A program made the translations under genes and the position numbers. 64,000 nt of DNA from a virus (lineage: Duplodnaviria; Heunggongvirae; Uroviricota; Caudoviricetes), in IMG/VR virus record IMGVR_UViG_3300045988_024527, positions 1 to 64,000 of that record, one strand, 5' to 3'. Below the pieces are notes generated by a model that had not been told where the DNA came from, made no database searches, and saw nothing but the letters and a program-made list of their open reading frames with translations. Of this stretch, positions 54,023 through 62,444 are shown in pieces; the stretch's first letter is position 1; each line of letters begins with the position of its first letter.

Positions 54023-54764
54023 TAACAGGCTCTATAGCTCATCTAAAACGTGCCTAAACAGGGAAACTCTACAGATGTAGACAATCCTGTGCTAAATGAT
54101 GTACGATGTAAGAAACTATACAACATAGGAGTCTTACATGCCAAACTATCACGTCACTGAAGATGGAAAAGTCTTTAGGGAAAATGGTGTAGAACTTACG
54201 CAGTGGAAATCCAACACTGGGTATATGAAAGTGAGGTTTTACGGTAAGAAGAATCGTGACATGTATGTCCACAGGTTAGTTGCTGAGAAATATGTACCTA
54301 ACCCGAATAATCTTCCAATTGTAAAACATAAGGACGATAACAAACTAAATAACCACGCATCTAACTTAGAATGGGGTACTCATTCTGAGAATGCTAAAGA
54401 GGGTTATGAGAACGGATGTTACAAGTTCCACAAGCGTTCATATGCCGTGAAAGCCACACACAAAGTGACAAAGGAAGTTATTGTTGCTAAGTCAATACGA
54501 GAGTTATCCAATATACTTGGACACAATCGCAAGACCATCTCTTCAATATTGAAGGGTGTAAAAGAGCATAATAACTTCGAATATGAGTTTGAATACATCT
54601 AAATGCCGAACGACTAACCGTGATGAATGTAGCGGTGTAGGGTCAAGCGACTCGAAATGGTACGCTACTTAGAAATAAGTAGAAGATATAGTCTGGACTT
54701 ACTGGCGACAGTAAGCAGCTTGAATAAAGCGGGGTAAGCTTAGCGAACTTACCTGAACAACAAG
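54023..54764 (+). other. group I self-splicing intron interrupting nrdD
   Basis: Exon 1 ends in U (54022) and intron ends in G (54764); exon tail gatgggu can pair intron gcucauc (54037-54043) with U-G at the splice site; joining gives ...SPMG|CRAFLSPYLNDNGEEFYVGRANIG...; intron carries an HNH ORF. Confidence 0.65.
54138..54602 (+). CDS. intron-encoded HNH homing endonuclease
   Basis: VHRLVAEKYVPNPNNLPIVKHKDDNKLNNHASNLEWGTHSENAK is an HNH_3-type motif; located inside the nrdD intron. Confidence 0.8.
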   Translation: MPNYHVTEDGKVFRENGVELTQWKSNTGYMKVRFYGKKNRDMYVHRLVAEKYVPNPNNLPIVKHKDDNKLNNHASNLEWGTHSENAKEGYENGCYKFHKRSYAVKATHKVTKEVIVAKSIRELSNILGHNRKTISSILKGVKEHNNFEYEFEYI

Positions 54765-55712
54765 TGTAGAGCGTTTTTATCACCATATCTTAACGATAAT
54801 GGGGAAGAGTTCTATGTAGGTCGTGCTAACATTGGTGCTGTGTCTTTGAACTTACCAATGATTTACCAGTATTCTAAAGAGAATGGTTTAGATTTCTGGA
54901 AAGAGCTTGATAAGTACCTAGAGATGATTCGTAGTTTCCACAAGAAACGCTATGAAATGATTGCCAATATGCCAGCAAGTTCTAACCCTCTTGCATTTAC
55001 ACAAGGTGGTCTGTACAAAGGAACTAAGAAGCCTACTGACAAGGTTGGTTGGGATATTGTGAAGTCCTTCACAGCTTCTTTTGGGGTTACTGCGCTTGAT
55101 GAGCTATCTGTTCTTGCTGAAGGTAAACGACTTCATGAAGTTGGAAGCTATAGTTTTGCATATGATGTTCTGGCATACATCAATATGAAAACTGAAGAGT
55201 TTAAGAACGAAGATGGCTTCTTGTATGCGGTATATGGCACTCCAGCAGAATCACTTTGTGGAACTCAGTTAAAACAGTTCAGAGATATGTTTGGCGTTAT
55301 TAAAGGTGTCTCTGACAAGGAATACTTTACAAACAGTTTCCATATGAATGTTGCAGCAGACATCTCACCATTTGAGAAGCAGGACTTAGAAGAGCCATTC
55401 TTCCATATCTGTAGAGGTGGTAGAATCCAGTATGTAAGGGTAGCTAACCCAGAAAACTTACCAGCACTTAAAAGTTGTATTACAAGAGGGATGTTGAAGG
55501 GTTTTTATCAGGGACTTAACTTTGACTTAGCAATCTGTGAACATTGTGGTAACAGACCAAAAGCTGATGTTGAAGAATGTGAGGTTTGTCATTCACATGA
55601 TATCTCTGTGATTAACAGGGTGTGCGGATACTTATCATTCACAAAAATTAAAGGCCAGTCTCGAATGAATGACGCTAAGATGGCAGAAATTAAGGATAGG
55701 ATTTCTATGTAA
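54765..55712 (+). CDS. nrdD: anaerobic ribonucleotide reductase, exon 2
   Basis: In-frame continuation with C-terminal cysteine cluster CEHCGNRPKADVEECEVCHSHD and glycyl-radical motif RVCGYLSF. Confidence 0.8.
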   Translation, partial: CRAFLSPYLNDNGEEFYVGRANIGAVSLNLPMIYQYSKENGLDFWKELDKYLEMIRSFHKKRYEMIANMPASSNPLAFTQGGLYKGTKKPTDKVGWDIVKSFTASFGVTALDELSVLAEGKRLHEVGSYSFAYDVLAYINMKTEEFKNEDGFLYAVYGTPAESLCGTQLKQFRDMFGVIKGVSDKEYFTNSFHMNVAADISPFEKQDLEEPFFHICRGGRIQYVRVANPENLPALKSCITRGMLKGFYQGLNFDLAICEHCGNRPKADVEECEVCHSHDISVINRVCGYLSFTKIKGQSRMNDAKMAEIKDRISM

Positions 55713-55721
55713 AACTTGACA

Positions 55722-55760
55722 AGGTGATGTGGGTCTTGATAGGCTTACATCACCTTTTTA
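55722..55760 (+). terminator. rho-independent terminator
   Basis: 9 bp stem aggtgatgt/acatcacct followed by ttttt. Confidence 0.6.
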
Positions 55761-55865
55761 TTGGATGTTATATATGGCAGAGAGTATTATTGGGTTGTTC
55801 ATAGGTTCTGTCTTACTAGGGTTCTTTTTAGGACTCTCTTATTGTGAGTTGAGAGGCAAGTTAAA

Positions 55866-56066
55866 ATGTTTAAGATATCAAAAACGATGATATACATACT
55901 CCGCACTCTAACCTTCTTCTTTGGGGTTAGTGTTATGGTATGGGGTTTTTCAGACCCACAATGGAGTTTCTCATATCATGGTCAGATGGACTTATGGTCA
56001 TGCTTCAAACCATTTTTAGGGTTAGCTATAGCATTCAGTGCATTACCAACTAAGGTGAAATTATGA
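55866..56066 (+). CDS. hypothetical small membrane protein
   Basis: 66 aa, two hydrophobic segments. Confidence 0.35.
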   Translation: MFKISKTMIYILRTLTFFFGVSVMVWGFSDPQWSFSYHGQMDLWSCFKPFLGLAIAFSALPTKVKL

Positions 56067-56458
56067 TTAAGTTGAGCCAAAAACAGTTAGAGTGGATTAA
56101 GGATTACACCTCAGAGTGTGGCTCTTGTGAAAAGAATCACGTAAGGTACTCAACATTCCACACGGTCTTCACATTGTACATCAGCGACAACGTTCTAAGT
56201 GATTCTGTAGAAGATGGTGTAACATTACCGAATGAGCTACTTGATAAATTAGCTGTAGTCACTGGAACTTGGTCTGAAGAAGACGGTCATGAACTATCTA
56301 ACGATGTTGTCTTCTACAGTCTTGAAAACATTATGAATCCAGAGTACATTATGCTAATGACTTGTGCACAAGACTGTGTGCCATTACAAAACTTCATTAA
56401 AGAGCACTGTGAAGAGTTTATTACTAAACAGGTTCCCTGTCAGGTGGTGTTTGAATGA
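56063..56458 (+). CDS. hypothetical protein (131 aa)
   Basis: ORF track. Confidence 0.4.
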   Translation: MIKLSQKQLEWIKDYTSECGSCEKNHVRYSTFHTVFTLYISDNVLSDSVEDGVTLPNELLDKLAVVTGTWSEEDGHELSNDVVFYSLENIMNPEYIMLMTCAQDCVPLQNFIKEHCEEFITKQVPCQVVFE

Positions 56459-56517
56459 GTAAAACAATTCGAAGAAAAGGTTTAAAGAGCGTTTATATGT
56501 ATTGGTGAGGTAACTAG

Positions 56518-57003
56518 ATGAATTACATGGAGATTAGACCATTTGACACAGCTAATGGTGAAGGGGTTCGTGTAAGCCTCTTCGTAGCTGGCTGTAAACA
56601 TCACTGTGAAGGCTGCTTTAACAGGGAGTCTTGGAAGTTTAATGCTGGTAAAGAGTTTACTTATGCAAACCTCTACGGCATCATTAAGTTAATGGATGAT
56701 AAGGCCATTAGTGGGTTGTCAATACTTGGTGGAGAGCCTCTGGATGACAGAAACATTCAAGAGGTCACCAACATATGCAAACGTATTAAAACTGTTTACC
56801 CAGAAAAATCTATATGGCTTTGGACAGGTTTTCAGTTACACGAAAAAATCCACCTAGATGTGATGAAATATGTTGACGTGGTGATTGATGGTAAGTATGA
56901 TTCTTCTAAACCAACGAACAAACCATATCGTGGTTCAGACAACCAAAACTTGTGGAGAAAAGAATATGGGTGGCAAGGCGACTGTCAGTGGAGAGCAGAG
57001 TAG
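56518..57003 (+). CDS. nrdG: anaerobic ribonucleotide reductase activating protein (radical SAM)
   Basis: CKHHCEGCFN (CxxxCxxC radical-SAM cluster motif); 161 aa; near nrdD. Confidence 0.8.
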   Translation: MNYMEIRPFDTANGEGVRVSLFVAGCKHHCEGCFNRESWKFNAGKEFTYANLYGIIKLMDDKAISGLSILGGEPLDDRNIQEVTNICKRIKTVYPEKSIWLWTGFQLHEKIHLDVMKYVDVVIDGKYDSSKPTNKPYRGSDNQNLWRKEYGWQGDCQWRAE

Positions 57004-57049
57004 CTACTCCGGTAAGTGGACTTATAATATTAACTCACTTGATGAGTGG

Positions 57050-57244
57050 ATGGTAAAGACCCATGAGAAGTTTGGGAAAAGTGGGTTAGTAGCTCTAGCA
57101 GAGGTTGTTAAACGTGTTACTTTCCACGTTGATTCAGAAAGCGCATTTAATGATGGACAGACATTTTTCACTGACGTAGCATACGGAGATGTTCAAGTTG
57201 GTATTGAAAAAGAAGAACTAGACCAGTTCTGTATTAAACTTTAA
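57050..57244 (+). CDS. hypothetical protein
   Basis: ORF-track frame 56885-57244 trimmed to an internal ATG to avoid overlap with nrdG; start uncertain. Confidence 0.25.
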   Translation: MVKTHEKFGKSGLVALAEVVKRVTFHVDSESAFNDGQTFFTDVAYGDVQVGIEKEELDQFCIKL

Positions 57245-57259
57245 TGAGAGAGACTAAAA

Positions 57260-57517
57260 ATGGGAATTTTAGGTAATATGAAAGCTGGCTTCTTGAAGCC
57301 ACTGGCAAAAGCAGCAGCAATCATTGCTATGACTGGAAAGCAGGTTGGTGTCGATGCTTCAGCAGTTGCACAAGTTCTTGCAAGCCAAATTGAACAGCAG
57401 CCTTACATCTACGTAGGACGTGGAAAAGGTGGTAAAAAACAAGCACATCGACCAACTGGTGCAGCAGCAATTAAACGTGCAGCTAAGAAAGCTCGTAACC
57501 GTAAACGCAACAAGTAA
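57260..57517 (+). CDS. hypothetical protein with basic C-terminal tail
   Basis: 85 aa; C-terminus AAIKRAAKKARNRKRNK. Confidence 0.35.
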   Translation: MGILGNMKAGFLKPLAKAAAIIAMTGKQVGVDASAVAQVLASQIEQQPYIYVGRGKGGKKQAHRPTGAAAIKRAAKKARNRKRNK

Positions 57518-57528
57518 GGATAACCAAA

Positions 57529-57840
57529 ATGGAAAAGATTTATAACACTCGTAAAATTCAGATTTCTATTCTGTGTCAGTTTATGGCTGATAAGCACAAT
57601 TCACATTATTGTGGCACAGGTTTCCTTACTCTTGGCGGCGGTTACATTAGCTTCAAAGAGGCTGTAAAGATGTACAATGAGCACCCTGAAGATGATAAAG
57701 AGCTGAAGCAGCTTAAACTTTCTTATGATAAGAAACGTAAGAAAATAATCTGCTTGAACAACCTTATCAAGCCAACTGAAAAGGTCTATGATGCAATTGG
57801 TGAAGAAGGTTTCTTCAAAGTATTGAAATTAGTTCAGTAA
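57529..57840 (+). CDS. hypothetical protein (103 aa)
   Basis: ORF track. Confidence 0.35.
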   Translation: MEKIYNTRKIQISILCQFMADKHNSHYCGTGFLTLGGGYISFKEAVKMYNEHPEDDKELKQLKLSYDKKRKKIICLNNLIKPTEKVYDAIGEEGFFKVLKLVQ

Positions 57841-57853
57841 GAGTCTATGATTA

Positions 57854-57877
57854 GGGAACTGTAAAGGTTCCCTTTTT
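57854..57877 (+). terminator. rho-independent terminator
   Basis: gggaac-tgtaaag-gttccc followed by ttttt. Confidence 0.6.
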
Positions 57878-57891
57878 ATTTTGGAGATAAT

Positions 57892-58407
57892 ATGTACCTG
57901 TCAAACCTGAAACGTTCGGCTGCAATGTCAGTGTTAAGGCTCAGCTTTGAGGAACGTCAAGAGTTCATTGACTCCCACCAATATGACCCTTCCAACTCCA
58001 ATCACATGATTCTCTGGAATCGTGAGAGTACTCGTGAAAGAGCACTATTCCGCTATTACCCACATTACACCATAGATAACCTGTATGAATGTTTTGTTGT
58101 GAAGAACACCATTACAGTACTCAATAAGCTTTGCAGATACACAGGTAACCAGTCCTTCACATTAGGCCACCACAAGCCTGTTACAAAAGGTGGTGAACAT
58201 CACTGTGCAAACTGGTTTATCCAGACTAAAGCTGATAATCAGAAGCAAGGAGATAGACTTTTAAGCACCTCTAAGATGACCTATGAAGAGCAAGAGAAAT
58301 ATATCAAAAACAATATGCCAGATGTGCTTGACAACAGCTATACAGATTTGGCAATATCTCTCCTGTTGAAGTTCGAGACAGTTTATAGGGCAACTTACAA
58401 TGGCTAA
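57892..58407 (+). CDS. putative HNH-type nuclease
   Basis: LGHHKPVTKGGEHHCANWFIQTKADNQKQG resembles an HNH core (H-H...GG...N...N). Confidence 0.35.
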   Translation: MYLSNLKRSAAMSVLRLSFEERQEFIDSHQYDPSNSNHMILWNRESTRERALFRYYPHYTIDNLYECFVVKNTITVLNKLCRYTGNQSFTLGHHKPVTKGGEHHCANWFIQTKADNQKQGDRLLSTSKMTYEEQEKYIKNNMPDVLDNSYTDLAISLLLKFETVYRATYNG

Positions 58408-58678
58408 AGCAGATTGGGAAATAAAAGACCTAATAAGTGATGCTGGAAATGGTTGTGAGATGTATATGATTCGTGGCCATATACCAGACCCATTAGCTCT
58501 TGAGATGATTGACCGTCACACAAACGGATTCTACAAAGAACTAGGTGAACCAAATGTTGAACGCACTTGGACAAAACCAGTACCAGATAGCACAGGCAAC
58601 TGTTCAGTAATCTATCACATTGTGAATCCACAAAAATGCAAAACAGCTATGGCTGTGACATTCGTAACTTTTGATTGA
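58400..58678 (+). CDS. hypothetical protein (92 aa)
   Basis: ORF track. Confidence 0.35.
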   Translation: MAKADWEIKDLISDAGNGCEMYMIRGHIPDPLALEMIDRHTNGFYKELGEPNVERTWTKPVPDSTGNCSVIYHIVNPQKCKTAMAVTFVTFD

Positions 58679-59570
58679 GAGTAAAACTATGAAAACATCT
58701 ATCCGTGTTATAATTCATTCACCGACAAAAGGGTCTCATGAAGAAGAGTTTAACCTCATCCAGTTCCCTTCTGGTGAGATTGGTGGACACTTTTCACAAG
58801 AGCTTGTTGACTTTACTGCTCACGCAGCATCATCCATCAACAATGTGATTATGATTGTAAAAGGTTATGATAAAGACACATTGTTTGCTGTGGCACTTGC
58901 TAAAGAAGCAATTGATGATTTAGTTCCTCATGAATATGCCTTAAAGACTGTCATTTTTTACTACTTACCAAATGCACGATATGACCGTCACATGTTTAAA
59001 GGTGATGCAGCAGCTTTGAAGGTTTTTGCTAAACAGGTTAATGCAATGGGGTTTGGTGCAGTCTGTGCAGTTGACCCTCACAGTTATGTACCAGACAACC
59101 TATTTAACTGCTTCCAAAGCATTCCTCAAAAGGAAGTCGCAGTTCACTATGCGAATGACCCTCTGGTTGATTACTTAGTAGCCCCAGATGCAGGTGCTTC
59201 TAAGAAGATTGCAGAGACTGCTAAAGAGGTGGATAAACCATACATCACAATGTCTAAAGTACGTAACCTTAAGACTGGTGAAATTACTGGTATGCGAATC
59301 CTTGATGATGTTGATTTGACCGATAAAACTGTTATGATTCTCGACGATATCTGTGATGGTGGTCGAACATTCATAGAAGCAGCTAAACATCTTCGTGAAG
59401 CAGGTGCAAAACGTGTGGAACTCTATGTAACACATGGTATCTTCTCTAAAGGTGTTGAAAACCTTCTTGACAATGGTATTGACCACATTTACACTACAAA
59501 CTCTTTAGGGGAAGCTAAAGACCGTGGCTTAACACATTATGGTCAAGTTACTGTAGCAAACCTTGATTAG
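58671..59570 (+). CDS. ribose-phosphate pyrophosphokinase (PRPP synthetase)-like protein; candidate ADPR-pyrophosphate synthetase
   Basis: PRTase-fold signature DKTVMILDDICDGGRTFIEAAKHL and overall Prs-like layout (about 300 aa). Confidence 0.65.
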   Translation: MIESKTMKTSIRVIIHSPTKGSHEEEFNLIQFPSGEIGGHFSQELVDFTAHAASSINNVIMIVKGYDKDTLFAVALAKEAIDDLVPHEYALKTVIFYYLPNARYDRHMFKGDAAALKVFAKQVNAMGFGAVCAVDPHSYVPDNLFNCFQSIPQKEVAVHYANDPLVDYLVAPDAGASKKIAETAKEVDKPYITMSKVRNLKTGEITGMRILDDVDLTDKTVMILDDICDGGRTFIEAAKHLREAGAKRVELYVTHGIFSKGVENLLDNGIDHIYTTNSLGEAKDRGLTHYGQVTVANLD

Positions 59571-59578
59571 GTATTAAA

Positions 59579-60070
59579 ATGGATAAGGGTTACTTCGAAA
59601 AATACCTAATATACGAACCGGAGACAGGTTTACTAATTTGGAAAGTAACCCTTTGCAATACCGCTATTGCTGGTAATGTTGCTGGCACAAGGTCTAAGAA
59701 GGGTTATATCCAAGTCCAGATAAATAAGAAGAGGTACTATGCACATAATATTGCATGGATTATGTCTGGAGGTGAGATACCAAGTGGATATGAGATAGAC
59801 CACATAGACCTTGATAAATCTAATAATAAGTTGGAGAATTTAAGACTTAGCACAAAATCACAAAATCAGAGGAATAGGGGTATATACAAGAATAATAAAA
59901 CTGGTGTGAAGGGTGTAAGTTTTTGTAAACAAACAGGTCTTTACAAAGCAAGAGTCATGCTTTACCATAAAGAATACTTTTGTGGAAGATTTAAAACGGT
60001 AGAAGAAGCAAAAGAAGCTGTAATTAAAAAGCGAATAGAACTTCATGGTGAGTTTGCAAGACATAACTAA
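59579..60070 (+). CDS. HNH homing endonuclease with AP2-like domain
   Basis: YLIYEPETGLLIW ... HNIAWIMSGGEIPSGYEIDHIDLDKSNNKLENLR ... TGVKGVSFCKQTGLYKARVMLYHKEYFCGRF; third copy of this family. Confidence 0.75.
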   Translation: MDKGYFEKYLIYEPETGLLIWKVTLCNTAIAGNVAGTRSKKGYIQVQINKKRYYAHNIAWIMSGGEIPSGYEIDHIDLDKSNNKLENLRLSTKSQNQRNRGIYKNNKTGVKGVSFCKQTGLYKARVMLYHKEYFCGRFKTVEEAKEAVIKKRIELHGEFARHN

Positions 60071-60088
60071 GAGAGAGAGAGATAAAAT

Positions 60089-61870
60089 ATGAGTAAGTCA
60101 CTTTACGCAGTACCAGCAGGTCTTAATGCAGATGCTTACAAGGCATCACATATATATCAGTATCCAGATGCTACGCAATATCTTATGTTGAACCTGACAC
60201 CACGTAGTGACAAATGGTTTAACAGCCCCTTAGCAATTGATGGTGTAGTTGCTTTTGGTATTCAACGTTTTGTTAAAGATTACTTGATAGACCACTGGAA
60301 CGCCACTTTCTTTGAACGTGACAAAAAAGAAGCCATTGACGAAATCTTAGAAGTCATGAATGGTGTTCTGGGTAAAGATGCTATCGGTCGAGAGCATTGG
60401 GAAGCACTTCACGACTTAGGTTATCTACCAGTTGAAGTATACGCTGTAGAAGAAGGCACAGTCGTCCCTATGCGTGTCCCAATGATTGTCTTCCAGAACA
60501 CTGTTTCAGGTTTCCATTGGGTAGCAGGTTATCTGGAAGATGCTTTCTCTGCTGAGATTTGGAAGGCTTGCACTATTGCAACTATTGCATTGCATTACAA
60601 ACGTATCTGTAAGAAGTGGGCTGACCTTACTTGTGACAACGACTTGCATTTACCTTATCAGTGCCATGACTTTGCTATGCGTGGTATGTCCGGCTTTACT
60701 GATGACGCATTTAACGCTGTAGGCCACTTAACCAGCTTTAAAGGGACTGATAGCTTCCCTGCTGTATATACAGCTAAACGAATCTATGGACAGTCCTACC
60801 CAATCTCTGATATTGGTAGCTCTGTACCAGCCACTGAGCACTCTGTAATGTGTGCAAACATTGCTTGGGAAGGTGGTAATGAGTTGATTGAAGAAGAAAG
60901 ACGCTTTAAAGGTGAGTTACAAACCTTCCGTCGTTTCTTAACAGAAACTTATCCAACTGGTATTGCAAGTGTTGTTTCAGATACTTATAACTTCTGGAGA
61001 ACTGTGTCAGAAATCTTACCAGCACTCCGTAAAGAAATTATGGAACGTGATGGCAAACTGGTAATTCGCCCTGACTCTGGAGACCCTGTACATATTGTCA
61101 CAGGTTATAAAGCAATCCACTTAGAGTGTGCTAAGAAGGCTTATTACGAGCACCTAAGCAAGCTAGAGGCAAGTGACACAATGTTGAATGCTATTCTGAA
61201 CATGAAGCTTGAAAACATCAACTATGGTATTGCTGGATGGCTACTGTCAGAAGGCTACGAAATGGTTGTTGACAGAGAAGACTTTGAAGTTGCTGATACA
61301 GTGCTGTTGAAAAATGCTTATATGGTTGGTTCTGCAAACGTTGTAACACGTCCTGTAGCGGAGATTGATGGAGCTATCAAGACACTGTATAACATCTTTG
61401 GGGGAACTATTAACTCTAAAGGGTTTAAGGTACTGGATGAGCATATCGGCCTTATCTATGGTGACTCTATCACGCTGGAACGTGCAAACGAAATCCTGAA
61501 GCGTCTGTATGAAATGGGTTTTGCAAGCTCTAACGTAGTGTTTGGCGTAGGCTCTTACACTTACCAGTACATGACTCGTGACACCTTTGCATTTGCTGTC
61601 AAAGCAACTCTTGCAAGCATTGGTGGTAAAGAGATTATGCTTGCAAAAGACCCTAAAACAGATAGTGGTGTTAAGAAATCTGCCTTTGGTGGTGTAGCAC
61701 CTATGTGGGATGGTGACAAGCTGAAAGCTATAGATGGCTATGGATTCCAGAGTTTTGCAGATGTACTTGACCACCCAGCTTGTGCCTTACGTTTAGTCTT
61801 TAGTGACTCTGAGCAGTTCGGTTACACAACTCTTGGGGATATTCGAAATAATATTGACAAGCAGCTTTAA
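60089..61870 (+). CDS. nicotinamide phosphoribosyltransferase (NAMPT)-like protein
   Basis: 593 aa; type II PRTase-like regions (HDFAMRGMSG, SVPATEHSVM, GLIYGDSIT); paired with Prs-like gene. Confidence 0.7.
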   Translation: MSKSLYAVPAGLNADAYKASHIYQYPDATQYLMLNLTPRSDKWFNSPLAIDGVVAFGIQRFVKDYLIDHWNATFFERDKKEAIDEILEVMNGVLGKDAIGREHWEALHDLGYLPVEVYAVEEGTVVPMRVPMIVFQNTVSGFHWVAGYLEDAFSAEIWKACTIATIALHYKRICKKWADLTCDNDLHLPYQCHDFAMRGMSGFTDDAFNAVGHLTSFKGTDSFPAVYTAKRIYGQSYPISDIGSSVPATEHSVMCANIAWEGGNELIEEERRFKGELQTFRRFLTETYPTGIASVVSDTYNFWRTVSEILPALRKEIMERDGKLVIRPDSGDPVHIVTGYKAIHLECAKKAYYEHLSKLEASDTMLNAILNMKLENINYGIAGWLLSEGYEMVVDREDFEVADTVLLKNAYMVGSANVVTRPVAEIDGAIKTLYNIFGGTINSKGFKVLDEHIGLIYGDSITLERANEILKRLYEMGFASSNVVFGVGSYTYQYMTRDTFAFAVKATLASIGGKEIMLAKDPKTDSGVKKSAFGGVAPMWDGDKLKAIDGYGFQSFADVLDHPACALRLVFSDSEQFGYTTLGDIRNNIDKQL

Positions 61871-61884
61871 AAGTATATGATAAG

Positions 61885-61907
61885 AGGCTCCTACAGGAGC
61901 CTTTTTA
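61885..61907 (+). terminator. rho-independent terminator
   Basis: aggctcc-taca-ggagcct followed by ttttt. Confidence 0.6.
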
Positions 61908-61923
61908 ATTTCTGGAGAAAACT

Positions 61924-62259
61924 ATGAAAATCAAAGAGATGAACATCAACATTGTCTTAGAAGAACGTTGGGAGAACATCAAGAAGCCTGAAGATGGTCA
62001 TAAGTTCCTTAACAAAATCTTGGTAGCAGCTAAAGAAGAACTGACTGGCAAGGTCGCAGCAGCAATCACAATAAAGGTCTGTGTAAAAGGTCTTCCGCAA
62101 CATCACCAATTTGCACTTGACGAGTTTAAAGAAAGCTTCTACAATCCAAACAAACAGATGCTTGAAAGTAACTTTGCAGTGTCTACAAGTATCGTCCATG
62201 ACAGAAGCTTTATCCTTTACAAAAATATGAGAGGTGAGTCATGCAAGCATATTGGATAG
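61924..62259 (+). CDS. hypothetical protein (111 aa)
   Basis: ORF track. Confidence 0.4.
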   Translation: MKIKEMNINIVLEERWENIKKPEDGHKFLNKILVAAKEELTGKVAAAITIKVCVKGLPQHHQFALDEFKESFYNPNKQMLESNFAVSTSIVHDRSFILYKNMRGESCKHIG

Positions 62260-62417
62260 AAATTTTACTGTCACTTGGTAGTGTAGCAATACTTGTTTGC
62301 CTTCTTTGTAAGTACTATGCAGAGCACAAAAAATGTGACTTCTGTAATGGGGAAGGTTATACAAGAGCAGGTTGTTGCCCTATGTGTGGTGGTTCTGGTA
62401 AAATGTTTAATAAGTAA
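62241..62417 (+). CDS. small membrane-anchored Cys-rich protein (58 aa)
   Basis: ATG 62241; TM segment IEILLSLGSVAILVCLL then CDFCNGEGYTRAGCCPMCGGSGK (DnaJ-like CxxCxGxG repeats); below ORF-track cutoff. Confidence 0.3.
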   Translation: MQAYWIEILLSLGSVAILVCLLCKYYAEHKKCDFCNGEGYTRAGCCPMCGGSGKMFNK

Positions 62418-62444
62418 TTTAACAGTAAACTAAGAGGAAAGTAT

